The notes below the pieces were generated by a model. That model was not told where the DNA came from and did no database searches. It saw nothing but the letters and a program-made list of their open reading frames with translations. Positions 11,373 through 20,786 of a DNA stretch of 48,128 nt are shown in pieces. Source of the DNA: Cyanobacteria bacterium P01_A01_bin.123 (GTDB lineage Bacteria; Cyanobacteriota; Cyanobacteriia; Phormidesmidales; Phormidesmidaceae); contig JBCBZT010000058.1 of NCBI GenBank assembly GCA_039815185.1, positions 1 through 48,128 of the forward strand. Direction: 5' to 3'. The translations under genes and the position numbers were made by a program. Position 1 is the stretch's first letter, and each line of letters opens with the position of its first letter.

Positions 11373-11888
11373 ATGGATCTCAAAGCACTGATTCGAGACA
11401 TTCCGGATTTTCCCAAACCTGGCATTTTGTTTCGTGACATCACCACCCTGCTAGCCGATGGCGAGGGGTTGCAATACACGATTGATACGCTGGCCGAACG
11501 CTGTACAGATTTGTCTGCCGACTATGTGGCCGGGATCGAGTCTCGTGGGTTCATGTTTGGTATGCCTTTAGCCCACAAGTTGGGGCTCGGGTTTGTGCCC
11601 GTGCGGAAACCGGGCAAGTTGCCCGCTGCAGTTTACGCTGCGGAATACGAGCTGGAATATGGCAAAGACACCCTGGAAATCCATCAGGATGCGTTCCCAA
11701 AAGGCAGCCGGGTTTTAATCATTGATGACTTGATTGCCACTGGGGGGACGGCAGCGGCGACGACGACTTTGGTTCAGCAGGCTGAGTGCACGATTGCCGG
11801 ATTTGGTTTCATTATTGAACTAAGCTTCTTAAATGGGCGCGCAAAGTTGCCTCAAGATAGCCCCATTGTGACTTTAGTGGAGTACTAA
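11373..11888 (+). CDS. apt: adenine phosphoribosyltransferase
   Basis: [22 protein letters not shown] and [13 protein letters not shown] (PRPP-binding) motifs. Confidence 0.97.
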   Translation: MDLKALIRDIPDFPKPGILFRDITTLLADGEGLQYTIDTLAERCTDLSADYVAGIESRGFMFGMPLAHKLGLGFVPVRKPGKLPAAVYAAEYELEYGKDTLEIHQDAFPKGSRVLIIDDLIATGGTAAATTTLVQQAECTIAGFGFIIELSFLNGRAKLPQDSPIVTLVEY

Positions 11889-11927
11889 AGTTCAATACGC
11901 TGCCATTAACCCACGTCCTTTTTTGCC

Positions 11928-12989
11928 ATGACCTCGACTCCCCAGCCTTCAGAACATGCCGCTCAGGTGTCCCTGGCTAAACGGATTCAGCAGGTTTTGA
12001 CTAGCGATACCACGCTCTACCTAGTCAAACGTACGTTACAAGCGCTGCTGACCTTACTCCTGGCATCTGCTTTGAGCTTCTTTATTATTCAGTTGGCCCC
12101 GGGGGATTTTTTAGCTCAACAGCGACAAAACCCTGAAATCTCGGCGGAGACGCTACAACAGCTTGAAGAGCAGTTTGGCCTAAACCGCTCGATCATAGAG
12201 CAGTATGGCCGCTGGCTTTGGCAGATTATCACTCAGTTCAACTTTGGCATTAGCTTTGCCTATAAGCGGCCAGTCGCTGAAATCTTAGCGGAACGCATTC
12301 CTAACACGCTCTTGCTATCGGCAGCGTCAATTATAGTGACGTGGGCGATCGCGCTACCCTTAGGCATTCTGGGTGCAGTCAAGCAAAATAAGCTGGCCGA
12401 TCGGTTTCTGCAAGTCTTTAGCTATTTGGGGCAAGGATTTCCCACGATTATTACTGGGCTAGTGCTGCTGTTTTTTGCCCAACTGACTACACCTCTGTTT
12501 CCCATCGGCGGACGGACTAGCATCATCCATGCTGAACTTAACTGGATTGGGCAGACGCTGGATGTCTTGTGGCACTTGATTTTGCCGACATTGGCGCTGA
12601 GCCTGACTAGCTATGCCGGATTACAGCGAATTATGCGGGGCCAATTGCTGGATGTGCTGCGGCAAGACTATATTCAGACGGCGCGGGCGAAAGGGTTGCC
12701 CGAAAACCGGGTGGTGTATGTCCACGCGTTGCGCAATGCGGTTAATCCACTGATTACCTTACTAGGGTTCGAGTTTGCTAACTTGCTTAGCGGTGCGTTT
12801 ATTACCGAGAATTACTTCAGCTGGCCGGGGTTGGGGAGTTTGATTTTGCAAGCGGTGCAGGCCCAAGATTTATATTTGGTGATGGCTAGTTTGATGATGG
12901 GGGCAACGATGTTGATTATCGGCAATTTGCTGGCCGATTTTGCTTTAACCTTTGTTGATCCCCGCATTAAGCTCCGCAGTATGAACTAA
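11928..12989 (+). CDS. peptide/nickel ABC transporter permease (OppB/DppB family)
   Basis: LAPGD, DYIQTARAKGL EAA loop and FSWPGLG. Confidence 0.92.
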   Translation: MTSTPQPSEHAAQVSLAKRIQQVLTSDTTLYLVKRTLQALLTLLLASALSFFIIQLAPGDFLAQQRQNPEISAETLQQLEEQFGLNRSIIEQYGRWLWQIITQFNFGISFAYKRPVAEILAERIPNTLLLSAASIIVTWAIALPLGILGAVKQNKLADRFLQVFSYLGQGFPTIITGLVLLFFAQLTTPLFPIGGRTSIIHAELNWIGQTLDVLWHLILPTLALSLTSYAGLQRIMRGQLLDVLRQDYIQTARAKGLPENRVVYVHALRNAVNPLITLLGFEFANLLSGAFITENYFSWPGLGSLILQAVQAQDLYLVMASLMMGATMLIIGNLLADFALTFVDPRIKLRSMN

Positions 12990-13082
12990 ACTTTGGCCAC
13001 AGTCAGTCGTCTCCTGATTGTCCTAAGATAGTTTTCCCTGAGATAAAAGCTCCAGTTTTCAAACGGGCTGTAGATCAAGATC

Positions 13083-13376
13083 ATGTTGTCTCAAACGTAT
13101 TACCTACTGCGATCGCAGGTGGATGGTCAATACCTAGTGGCGCGACCTCGTATCGGCGAAACTCCTAGCAGTGGCGGCTTTTTGATGTTGTTTGCTGCTG
13201 ACTATGATGCCTTGAGCTACGTCAATGCCCACGGCGCTGAAGTTGCTAGTCAGTTTAAGGTAGAAACCCTCGCAGGCACTCAGCTCAAGCCATTGCTTGA
13301 TCGATGGGGGTTTGAAGGCATCGGATTGGTCAAAGATCCGCTGGTGCCTCAGGTAGAATTTATGCGCGTGACGTAA
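13083..13376 (+). CDS. hypothetical protein (probably conserved in cyanobacteria)
   Basis: 97-aa ATG ORF filling the intergenic gap, with globular composition and an embedded HIP1 site. Confidence 0.7.
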   Translation: MLSQTYYLLRSQVDGQYLVARPRIGETPSSGGFLMLFAADYDALSYVNAHGAEVASQFKVETLAGTQLKPLLDRWGFEGIGLVKDPLVPQVEFMRVT

Positions 13377-13404
13377 TTATTGCGACGTCACGATTGCGGC
13401 GTCA

Positions 13405-14511
13405 TTATGACGTAATCATCGATTTGACGGTAAGGGCTGTGGCCGGAGCCAGCAGTACCCCATTGCGATAGTGGCCCGTGGCCAAAATCATCCGTGGATT
13501 GGTCTTGAGGGGCTGAATCACGGGCGCTGCTTGTCCTTGGGGTCGGGGTCGTAATCCTGACCAAGTTTGATTGACAATTCCTTGTGCGAGGGCGGGGCAA
13601 TAGGCGATCGCCCCCTGGAGAAGGGCTTCTAGGTGCTTGGCTTGGGGCACAAGTGGGGCAAAATCAGCAAAGTTCTCCTGCGGCGGAAATTCAACAGTAG
13701 CCCCAATCCAGTATTGATGATTTCCCAACGGCACTAAATGAATGTCATCACCATTGATCACGGGTTGGAACTCAGTGGGCATCATCAGCGATTTGCAATG
13801 AATTTTCATCGCCTGTCCCAAGACAGGAATCATCGGCAGCGCAGACGTTAAGGTGGGTGTCCCTAATCCTGCTGCGACCACAACCCAATCTGCCGTGAAA
13901 TCGCCATGATCAGTCTGAATAATTTGGGCTTGACCGTGTTGACCTTGCTTGGATTGGGCGATCGCTTTGACGGCATGATTTAAGTGTAATTGAGCGCCCT
14001 GCTGTTGGGCTGCTGTGACTAAAGCCTGGCTCAGGCTGATGGGCTCCACTTGGCGATCGCGGGGGGAGTAAATTGCACCATATACTCGCGCTAAGTTGAG
14101 TTCAGGGAAGCGATCGCGCACTTGAGCGACTGACCAAAGTTCCAGCGGATAGCTTTGCGTCTGTCGGATCGTCTGCAATCGTTGCCATTTTGGCCAAGCT
14201 TCGGCATCAAACACCAGGGACAGAATCCCGTGGCGATTGTAGGGAACCGTTTGCCCCGTAGCAGCTGCCAATTCGGGGATCAACGTTTCATAGCGTTGCA
14301 AACTGATCTCACGCAGGTACCAATTTCGCCCTTTGGTTTTATGGCTGATCACTGCCATCATTACCCCTAAAGCTGCTCCGGTAGCCCCTTGAGCTGGAAG
14401 ATTTCGGTCAAAGACAGCTACGTCAAGATTAGGGATAAGACTCAATTCATAGGCGATCGCAGCACCCACCACCCCACAGCCAATGACTGCCACTCGGAAG
14501 GGAGAAGTCAT
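13405..14511 (-). CDS. FAD-dependent oxidoreductase (DAO/glycine oxidase-like)
   Basis: GCGVVG Rossmann motif, GLRP and ATGHYRNGVLLAP. Confidence 0.9.
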   Translation of the reverse strand: MTSPFRVAVIGCGVVGAAIAYELSLIPNLDVAVFDRNLPAQGATGAALGVMMAVISHKTKGRNWYLREISLQRYETLIPELAAATGQTVPYNRHGILSLVFDAEAWPKWQRLQTIRQTQSYPLELWSVAQVRDRFPELNLARVYGAIYSPRDRQVEPISLSQALVTAAQQQGAQLHLNHAVKAIAQSKQGQHGQAQIIQTDHGDFTADWVVVAAGLGTPTLTSALPMIPVLGQAMKIHCKSLMMPTEFQPVINGDDIHLVPLGNHQYWIGATVEFPPQENFADFAPLVPQAKHLEALLQGAIAYCPALAQGIVNQTWSGLRPRPQGQAAPVIQPLKTNPRMILATGHYRNGVLLAPATALTVKSMITS

Positions 14512-14560
14512 CGCAACAGGCTAAAGGTAATCGGTTTTGTTTTCCAGTCGTCGTTGATGA

Positions 14561-15010
14561 TCAAGGGTTAGCTGCCGGCAACAGGTCTAAGTAAGCATCA
14601 AAGTCACTGAGCGCTTCATAATATTGGCTCGATGCCAAAGACGTATCCCGAGTGTCTGCTGCTTCGTCGATTTTGACGAGGTGTTTGTACAGATCCTTCG
14701 CCAGGGTCTTGGCCTGGTCTTGCGTATCCGGCAAGAGCTGACGAGCAAGCCGATCTAGTCTTACTCGCAGTTCACCCAGTGGCCCGTGAATAAAATATTG
14801 AACGTCAACCCAGTCTTTTTGATCGATGTAGGTTTCAAGTTCAGGCATGCGATCGCGCAGTGCTAACACACTAGTGGCGTAGGTATTAATGCCCCCCAGT
14901 TGCTCTGGGGTATACGTGGTCACCTTGACATTAGGAGCACTACAGCCGATGACTAAAACCGCGATCGCAGCCAAAAGTAATCCCGTCAATGATCGAAGCC
15001 ATGTCATCAT
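14561..15010 (-). CDS. psbQ: photosystem II extrinsic lipoprotein PsbQ (CyanoQ)
   Basis: Lipobox LVIGC, TYTPEQL and WVDVQYFIHGPLGELR. Confidence 0.93.
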   Translation of the reverse strand: MMTWLRSLTGLLLAAIAVLVIGCSAPNVKVTTYTPEQLGGINTYATSVLALRDRMPELETYIDQKDWVDVQYFIHGPLGELRVRLDRLARQLLPDTQDQAKTLAKDLYKHLVKIDEAADTRDTSLASSQYYEALSDFDAYLDLLPAANP

Positions 15011-15124
15011 TATTAATTCCTTCTTTTTTTATGCGCCATACTGCTTTTCTATTGTGTACTGTTTTTTGAGTACACAGCTATTTAGTCTGAAGGATTTTCA
15101 GGGCTGGATTGGCCATGCTGGGGA

Positions 15125-16255
15125 CTAGGAACTTGCCTCATCTACCTGGGGTCGCCAAATGGCGTCAGCAACCCGACACACATCCACCATTTCTGGGCCG
15201 TCGTGGATGCGGAGGATATCGGCCCCGGCTGCGATCGCACCACAGCAAGCTGCTGCCGTCCCCCAAACTCGCTGCTGCGGGTCGCTTTGATTCAAAATCC
15301 AGCCGATGAAGCTTTTACGCGAAGGCCCCACCAGAATTGGGCAGTTGAGTGGTTTCAATTCTGATAGACGGCGGAGAATATCTAAATTTTGGGGATAGGT
15401 TTTGGCAAAGCCAATGCCAGGATCAACACAAATTTGGTCGGGAGAGACACCAGCCGCGATCGCCTGTTGGATTTGCTGCTGGCAAAACGTCACAATCTCA
15501 GCCACCACATCGTCGTAGTCGGTCATTTGCTGCATGGTCTGGGGAGTCCCCCGAATATGCATCAAGATATAGGGCACCCCCAGCGCCGCCACCGTTGAAA
15601 ACATGTCTGGATCAAACATGCCCCCGGAAATATCGTTGATCATGTCGGCACCAGCTTCGACAGCAGCGGCAGCAACGACAGACTGAGTCGTATCTACGGA
15701 AATCACTGCTGTCTGGAGATCGGTATCTGAAGCCTGCCGGATAGCCCTGATCACAGGAACCACCCGGTCGATTTCCGTTGCCAGCGAAATTTGCTCAGCG
15801 CCTGGACGGGTAGATTGCCCCCCAATATCGAGGATATTGATGCCTGCGCGGACGAGCGTTTTTGCTTGGGCTAAAGCGGTATCGAGAGTATTAAACTGCC
15901 CTCCGTCGCTAAAGCTATCGGGTGTTACGTTGAGGACCCCCATCAGATAGGTGCGGCTGCCCCAATCAAAGCGATGGTGGCGAATCTGCCAAGGCTGTTG
16001 GGAGCGCTTGGCCGATTCTGCTGCGATCGCTTCTTGCACAAACAACTTGGCCAGTCGGTCATAGGTGCCAGGCCCTAGATACATTGGATGGGCATGGGAT
16101 TTGCCATACACCCATACCACCTCTTCTTGCTCGACAATACGAATATCACTGAACCAACCCTTGAGCTTGGGTTTGAGGGCGTTAGCGGTGTTGACCGCAT
16201 CTGTCCAGCGATCGAAGGTTTGGGAAAAGTTCTTGGCGATCACTTTGAAGGACAT
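15125..16255 (-). CDS. folP: dihydropteroate synthase with an extra ~85-aa N-terminal domain
   Basis: MGVLNVTPDSFSDGG, DIGGQSTRPG, DPGIGF and SRKSF motifs, starting after about residue 90. Confidence 0.93.
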   Translation of the reverse strand: MSFKVIAKNFSQTFDRWTDAVNTANALKPKLKGWFSDIRIVEQEEVVWVYGKSHAHPMYLGPGTYDRLAKLFVQEAIAAESAKRSQQPWQIRHHRFDWGSRTYLMGVLNVTPDSFSDGGQFNTLDTALAQAKTLVRAGINILDIGGQSTRPGAEQISLATEIDRVVPVIRAIRQASDTDLQTAVISVDTTQSVVAAAAVEAGADMINDISGGMFDPDMFSTVAALGVPYILMHIRGTPQTMQQMTDYDDVVAEIVTFCQQQIQQAIAAGVSPDQICVDPGIGFAKTYPQNLDILRRLSELKPLNCPILVGPSRKSFIGWILNQSDPQQRVWGTAAACCGAIAAGADILRIHDGPEMVDVCRVADAIWRPQVDEASS

Positions 16256-16348
16256 AGCTGTTGCAGATTGAACGTCATCGGCGACAATAAGCTGAACTGT
16301 TTTTCAGAGTCTCCATTCTCTCAGAGTCCTTATTCCCTTAAAGTCACC

Positions 16349-17767
16349 GTGGCGCGAGTTGTTCTAGAAAACATTTATAAGGCATTTCCCCGCCAAAGTC
16401 GGGAGCCATTTCCCCGCCAAAATCGGGAGTCATCGGCTGCGTCTGAGGCAAACCTGATCCAGGCAACGGCGGTGCTGAAACGCATCAACCTAACCATCGA
16501 AGATGGAGAATTTATGGTGTTGGTCGGGCCATCGGGTTGTGGTAAGAGTACGCTACTGCGCCTCATTGCTGGCCTCGAAACGCTGACCGCAGGAAATATC
16601 TGGGTAGGCGATCGCCAGGTGAATCAATTGCCCCCGAAACAGCGTGACATTGCCATGGTGTTTCAAAGCTATGCCCTATATCCGCATATGAGTGTGTACG
16701 ACAATCTGGCCTTTGGATTGCGGCGCATGGGGCGTAGTCAAACCAACAGTGCCGTTGCCCTATCCAATGAATCCGGGCTTCAGGACGATGCCTTAGACTC
16801 AGATTTGCATTCCCCAGATGGCATCTCTTTTGACGACGAAAAACTGGATTCCAATCTGTCAAATCGCTTTTTAGGGCAAACTTTGTTAATGACGCCTTGG
16901 TGGCAAGAGATGCTGATGTCTGTGACCCAACCGTTACCCAAGGGGTTACGCTTCATTTCTGCAGCAGAAAGGTTGATTGAACAGCGGGTGAGGCTGGTCG
17001 CTGAGATGCTGCAAATTGAACCCTTGTTGGAGCGATTGCCTCGCCAACTTTCTGGGGGACAAAAGCAGCGAGTAGCGCTAGGGCGAGCGATGGCACGCAA
17101 TCCTCAAGCCTTTTTGATGGATGAACCCCTCTCTAATCTCGATGCTAAACTGCGGGCGGAAACCCGGGCTCAAATCGTCAATCTACAACGACAGTTAGCA
17201 GTCACCACTATCTATGTCACCCATGACCAGGTAGAAGCGATGACCATGGGCGATCGCATTGCCGTGATGAATCAAGGCCAAATTCAGCAAATTGCCTCGC
17301 CGTTAACCCTTTATCACCACCCCGCCAATCGATTTGTGGCTGAATTCATTGGGTCACCCCCCATGAACTTGATGACGGTACAGGTGCGATCGCCTCTAAT
17401 GGTCAGTCATCCCAGCTTTCGACTCACCTTGCCAGGGTATTGGGAAACACTGCTGAGTTCTCGCGATGGCCAAACTTTAACCCTGGGCATTCGACCAGAG
17501 CACCTTAACCTCAGCCTGCCCGCGCCTAAAAATCTCCCCGTTAAAGTTATCCGAATTGAAGCGCTGGGCAGTGAAACCTACATCACCGCTGCCTTTGCAG
17601 GACAAACCCTACAAGTCAGAATCGACGGTACCCAGGCCTTAGATATTGGAGATGAGCTCTGGCTAGCGATCGCGCCAGAACATGTACACCTCTTCGATGG
17701 GGATACGGGACAGTCGTTGACAGAAGAAGCCGGAAAGAATAGAGCGGAGAACAGGGGAGTATTTTAG
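16349..17767 (+). CDS. sugar ABC transporter ATP-binding protein (MalK/UgpC family)
   Basis: GPSGCGKS, LSGGQ, MDEPLSNLDAKLR and a C-terminal TOBE-like region. GTG start at 16349 avoids overlap with folP. Confidence 0.92.
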   Translation: MARVVLENIYKAFPRQSREPFPRQNRESSAASEANLIQATAVLKRINLTIEDGEFMVLVGPSGCGKSTLLRLIAGLETLTAGNIWVGDRQVNQLPPKQRDIAMVFQSYALYPHMSVYDNLAFGLRRMGRSQTNSAVALSNESGLQDDALDSDLHSPDGISFDDEKLDSNLSNRFLGQTLLMTPWWQEMLMSVTQPLPKGLRFISAAERLIEQRVRLVAEMLQIEPLLERLPRQLSGGQKQRVALGRAMARNPQAFLMDEPLSNLDAKLRAETRAQIVNLQRQLAVTTIYVTHDQVEAMTMGDRIAVMNQGQIQQIASPLTLYHHPANRFVAEFIGSPPMNLMTVQVRSPLMVSHPSFRLTLPGYWETLLSSRDGQTLTLGIRPEHLNLSLPAPKNLPVKVIRIEALGSETYITAAFAGQTLQVRIDGTQALDIGDELWLAIAPEHVHLFDGDTGQSLTEEAGKNRAENRGVF

Positions 17768-17873
17768 CGTTTGGTATTTTTTGGAAAGTGGATCAACAGA
17801 AAAAACGGGTAGGCTAGATTTGAGGGGCTTCAAAATTTTGTACCTAAAGAGACCCCATTCGATTTAAACACTT

Positions 17874-17898
17874 GTTCGCGCAGCGTCTCCGAAGGAGA
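17874..17898 (+). repeat. small dispersed repeat (cyanobacterial SDR-like hairpin element)
   Basis: GTTCGCGCAGCGTCTCCGAAGGAGA ends in a TCTCC-GAA-GGAGA hairpin. It resembles very small mobile repeats of filamentous cyanobacteria, recognised from memory. Confidence 0.45.
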
Positions 17899-18020
17899 AA
17901 TTTTTAGCTTAAGGGGAACCTTTAAATCCTGGGTGCAGACAGGATTAACGAAGAAATTGCTGTTAGGCTAGCTCCCTTAGCAAGTTGAGCACCACAAGCA
18001 AATTGTTGGATAGTTATGGA

Positions 18021-18058
18021 ATGGTCAAAACTGGGATGGTCAAAACTGGGATGGTCAA
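18021..18058 (+). repeat. 15-bp tandem repeat, about 2.5 copies
   Basis: ATGGTCAAAACTGGG twice, then ATGGTCAA. Confidence 0.9.
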
Positions 18059-18245
18059 GCTGTTTTATTCCACCAAAGCGCTGGATTACCTAGTGTTGGT
18101 GTTGGTCTCTAGCCTGTTTAGCGTTGTTTTAAGCGCGATGCCTTATGGCCTGTCTGCCCAAGCCACCAGTGTGATTAACCAACAATCCTCAACGACAATT
18201 CAGGTCATTCGCCCTGTGACTAAAAAAGACAGCACAGCCCTTTAA
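18021..18245 (+). CDS. small hypothetical membrane or secreted protein
   Basis: One hydrophobic helix (LVLVLVSSLFSVVLSAM). The start is ambiguous among ATGs at 18021, 18036 and 18051. Confidence 0.45.
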   Translation: MVKTGMVKTGMVKLFYSTKALDYLVLVLVSSLFSVVLSAMPYGLSAQATSVINQQSSTTIQVIRPVTKKDSTAL

Positions 18246-18325
18246 GGCACCCTAGAGTCTAAGGAAATGAGTTTGAGCCAACCCCTACTGAATTCTAGAT
18301 TTTGAATTCCCTAGGGCTATGCCCC

Positions 18326-18745
18326 TTAGCCATTGGCTCGCAGCTCAGGATCCGTCGTGCCATAGAGTTCTGGAACGTCCCGAGTCGGGGGCAGGGTTTT
18401 ATTCGTATCGCGAGTTTCAATGTAGCCAGTGTAAGAGGCTCCGGCTTCGATTTCGAGCGCTCCAGCAACAACATCACCTTCTAATCGGGCTGTCCGACTG
18501 AGTGTTAACTTGCCTTCGGCTAACACGCGAGCCTTTAGCTGGCCTTGAACAACAATATTGCGGGCCTTGACTTCTGGGCCTTCAATCAAACCCGACGCTG
18601 AAATTTCTAAGTCGCCTTGCACCTCAACGGTGCCGTGAATAATGCCATCTACCCGCAGCATCCCTTCGACATGGAGGATTCCTTCAAATTCGCTAGCCTG
18701 ACTGAGATAAGTTAATAGGGGCGTTGGTGATTTGCGTCTAAACAT
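18326..18745 (-). CDS. bactofilin (polymer-forming cytoskeletal protein)
   Basis: Beta-helical repeats FEGILHVEGMLRVDG...LEGDV...LEIEAGASYTG. Confidence 0.92.
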   Translation of the reverse strand: MFRRKSPTPLLTYLSQASEFEGILHVEGMLRVDGIIHGTVEVQGDLEISASGLIEGPEVKARNIVVQGQLKARVLAEGKLTLSRTARLEGDVVAGALEIEAGASYTGYIETRDTNKTLPPTRDVPELYGTTDPELRANG

Positions 18746-19321
18746 AGGGAATTAGAACTACAGCTAAAGAAGACCAGTCAGCACAGCATCCGTATCAAGG
18801 CCTTACAGCACCCCAAGCCTATATCCAACACTATCCACTAAACCATAACCCATAAAAACCGAGTGCTTTGCTCACAACATTAAGTCGGATCAGAGTGCCA
18901 TCGATTCATAATCTGGCTGACGCGATCGCTGACACAACTGCCTCAACACCACTGAGATGGGCTTTGAACAGCGGTAATCACGCACTCCACAGAAGTCCAC
19001 TATTTTGCCTAAGATGATTATTTAAATATTCGACACAATCGTCAACAAAACCAAAAGAAAATCCAAAGAAATGTGAGCTTTCTTTAAAGGCTGGGGATCA
19101 ATAGGAGAAGGTCGATCCCCGACTTTCTGAGATTTTCCAAAAAATTAAGTGAAATAAACCGCAGCCGATTTGCAAATTTGATTATGGGCGCAGGGCCTCG
19201 CGTCTCTGCAGAGAAAACGGTGAATCTGGATGGGCACAAGGTTTAGCTATCGCTTGGGATCGCCGTGTGGTCACTGAGGGATCAATTTTGGTTTTGTAAA
19301 GCTTTATAGGGAATCAGGTAT

Positions 19322-19807
19322 ATGACTGCAATTGACGTGACCCAAAGGCAAGCGCTAGCTCAACGCTTAGATCAGCTCCAGCAACTCACAGCAGATGAGC
19401 GGTTAGGACTGTTGTGGATAGTGTACCAACGCATGGATCCTGCTGTGCTCAGGGCAGCAGCAACAGCCTTGCTTTCACAAATGGTGCAAGGCGTTTTTGT
19501 CCAAGTGCAACAACTAAGCCGTACTGATCAGATTGAGGCTCTGCGAGATATTGTGGCAGGCGAACCAACCCGTATTAGCCAAGCCTACGCTAACCTCAAT
19601 GCCAACATGAGGCTGGCCCTCTGGTATCGACTGGCCCAAGCTATGGCTAAGGGAAAAATTAGCCGCCCTGAGATCACCCCACACTGTTCATCTATCAGTG
19701 AGGCCTTAGTAGATGAAATCAGTCACAAGGGATTTAATGAACAGATCTTTTTCCTGCGCCAGGTGATCAACCGTATTGGGCAGACGACTTCCCAGAGGGT
19801 TCAGTAA
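19322..19807 (+). CDS. orange carotenoid protein N-terminal domain protein (helical carotenoid protein, HCP)
   Basis: LTADERLGLLWIVY, TRISQAYANLNANMRLALWYRLAQAM and FNEQIFFLR. Confidence 0.85.
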   Translation: MTAIDVTQRQALAQRLDQLQQLTADERLGLLWIVYQRMDPAVLRAAATALLSQMVQGVFVQVQQLSRTDQIEALRDIVAGEPTRISQAYANLNANMRLALWYRLAQAMAKGKISRPEITPHCSSISEALVDEISHKGFNEQIFFLRQVINRIGQTTSQRVQ

Positions 19808-19883
19808 TCTCTTCAAAGGATAAATCCTGAAAGGGGATCCCTCATTAATTTCTGTAGATAACAATGATGACGGTCAAGCGAAT

Positions 19884-19916
19884 GGGCGGCAGGGCTTCAA
19901 AGTCCTGTCGCCTTTA
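19884..19916 (+). terminator. probable terminator of the HCP gene
   Basis: GGGCGGCAGGGCTT-CA-AAGTCCTGTCGCCT hairpin with a short T tail. Confidence 0.55.
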
Positions 19917-19990
19917 AGATGGCTACCGTCGCCGAGCATAGTTGCCATTGACTATGGTAGTTTCAGCCTATTCAATCAAGAAAAATTCTC

Positions 19991-20110
19991 AAAAAAATGA
20001 GCCAGAAGCCTTAGCAATTTCTAAGATTATCTGGCCCATTGTTCGACTGGTTGAGAGGAGAACCCATGTAACAAAGCAGCCTTCGTGCTCTGCCAAGAGT
20101 TCCACCATTA
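19991..20110 (-). ncRNA. IsaR1-like iron-stress sRNA
   Basis: Minus strand has GTTCTCCTCTCAA (the IsaR1 seed as I recall it) at 20051-20063, then a terminator hairpin TGGGCCAGA...TCTGGCTCA plus T7 (19991-20038). Upstream is TTGAAA-N16-TAGAAT overlapped by a Fur-box-like site. The 5' end is inferred. Confidence 0.62.
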
Positions 20111-20116
20111 CGGTTC

Positions 20117-20180
20117 ATTCTATCTTAATAGGAATAGTTTTCAACAAAATCCAAAAACTTATCAAGAATATTGAGATTGA
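20117..20180 (-). promoter_or_regulatory. sigma70 promoter with Fur-box-like sites (sRNA/exbD divergent region)
   Basis: -35 TTGAAA (20144-20139) and -10 TAGAAT (20122-20117). A 7-1-7-like TGAAAAC-T-ATTCCTA lies at 20129-20143, with a second AT-rich site at 20161-20180. Confidence 0.5.
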
Positions 20181-20292
20181 ACACAATGGCTACCAATCAT
20201 GGGATTAAAGCGGCTTGATGATCCTAGAATTCTAGCGCTGGGGGTTGTGAAACCAGCCTCTAGAATGGGAATGACTAGTTGATGCGGCCATT

Positions 20293-20694
20293 ATGAACTT
20301 ACCTGAAGAACCGGAACGCCGTTTTCAGATCAACATCGTGCCGATGATTGACATCATTTTTGCGGTTCTGGCGTTTTTTATCCTATCTACCCTGTTTCTC
20401 ACCAGGGCTGAAGGGTTACCGGTCAATTTACCTTCTGCAGCAACTTCAGAGCCTCAGCAAGATTTAACCATTGTTGTCAGCCTCAATGCTGATGGGGCGA
20501 TTTTTCTCAACGATACCGCCGTTAACATCACCACTTTGAGGGATGATATTAGCCAACTCATGGCAGCGGGACAGTCACCCCAGGTCACTTTGCGAGCCGA
20601 TGAATCCGTCACCCATGGGCGTGTTATTACCGTGATGGATACCCTGCGTCAAATTGAAGGCGTGCGGATTGGCATCGCCACGCGATCGCCTTAA
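20293..20694 (+). CDS. exbD: biopolymer transporter ExbD/TolR
   Basis: INIVPMIDIIF transmembrane segment with the conserved Asp, VNLP and LRADESVTHGRVITVMD. Confidence 0.92.
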   Translation: MNLPEEPERRFQINIVPMIDIIFAVLAFFILSTLFLTRAEGLPVNLPSAATSEPQQDLTIVVSLNADGAIFLNDTAVNITTLRDDISQLMAAGQSPQVTLRADESVTHGRVITVMDTLRQIEGVRIGIATRSP

Positions 20695-20701
20695 TAAACA
20701 C

Positions 20702-20760
20702 ATTCTCAATAAGTTATTTTTCTTGCAAAAACCAGAAGTTCTTAGTACAATTCTCAATAA
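20702..20760 (+). promoter_or_regulatory. fur promoter flanked by repeated Fur half-site-like motifs
   Basis: TTGCAA (20723-28)-N17-TACAAT (20746-51). ATTCTCAATAA occurs at 20702-12 and 20750-60. Confidence 0.6.
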
Positions 20761-20786
20761 TGCTGGTTTGTTGAGAGGATAAAGTT

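Noticed and set aside
16088..16348. N-terminal 87 codons of the 559-aa ABC ATPase ORF
   Set aside because: They overlap folP on the opposite strand. MalK homology starts at the GTG at 16349.
19186..19214. GGGCGCAGGGCCTCGCGTCTCTGCAGAGA, resembling a small dispersed repeat
   Set aside because: Too degenerate and single-copy here to call.
19942..20208. 88-aa plus-strand ORF
   Set aside because: TTG start and no protein-like features. The region is better explained by the minus-strand sRNA, its promoter and its terminator.
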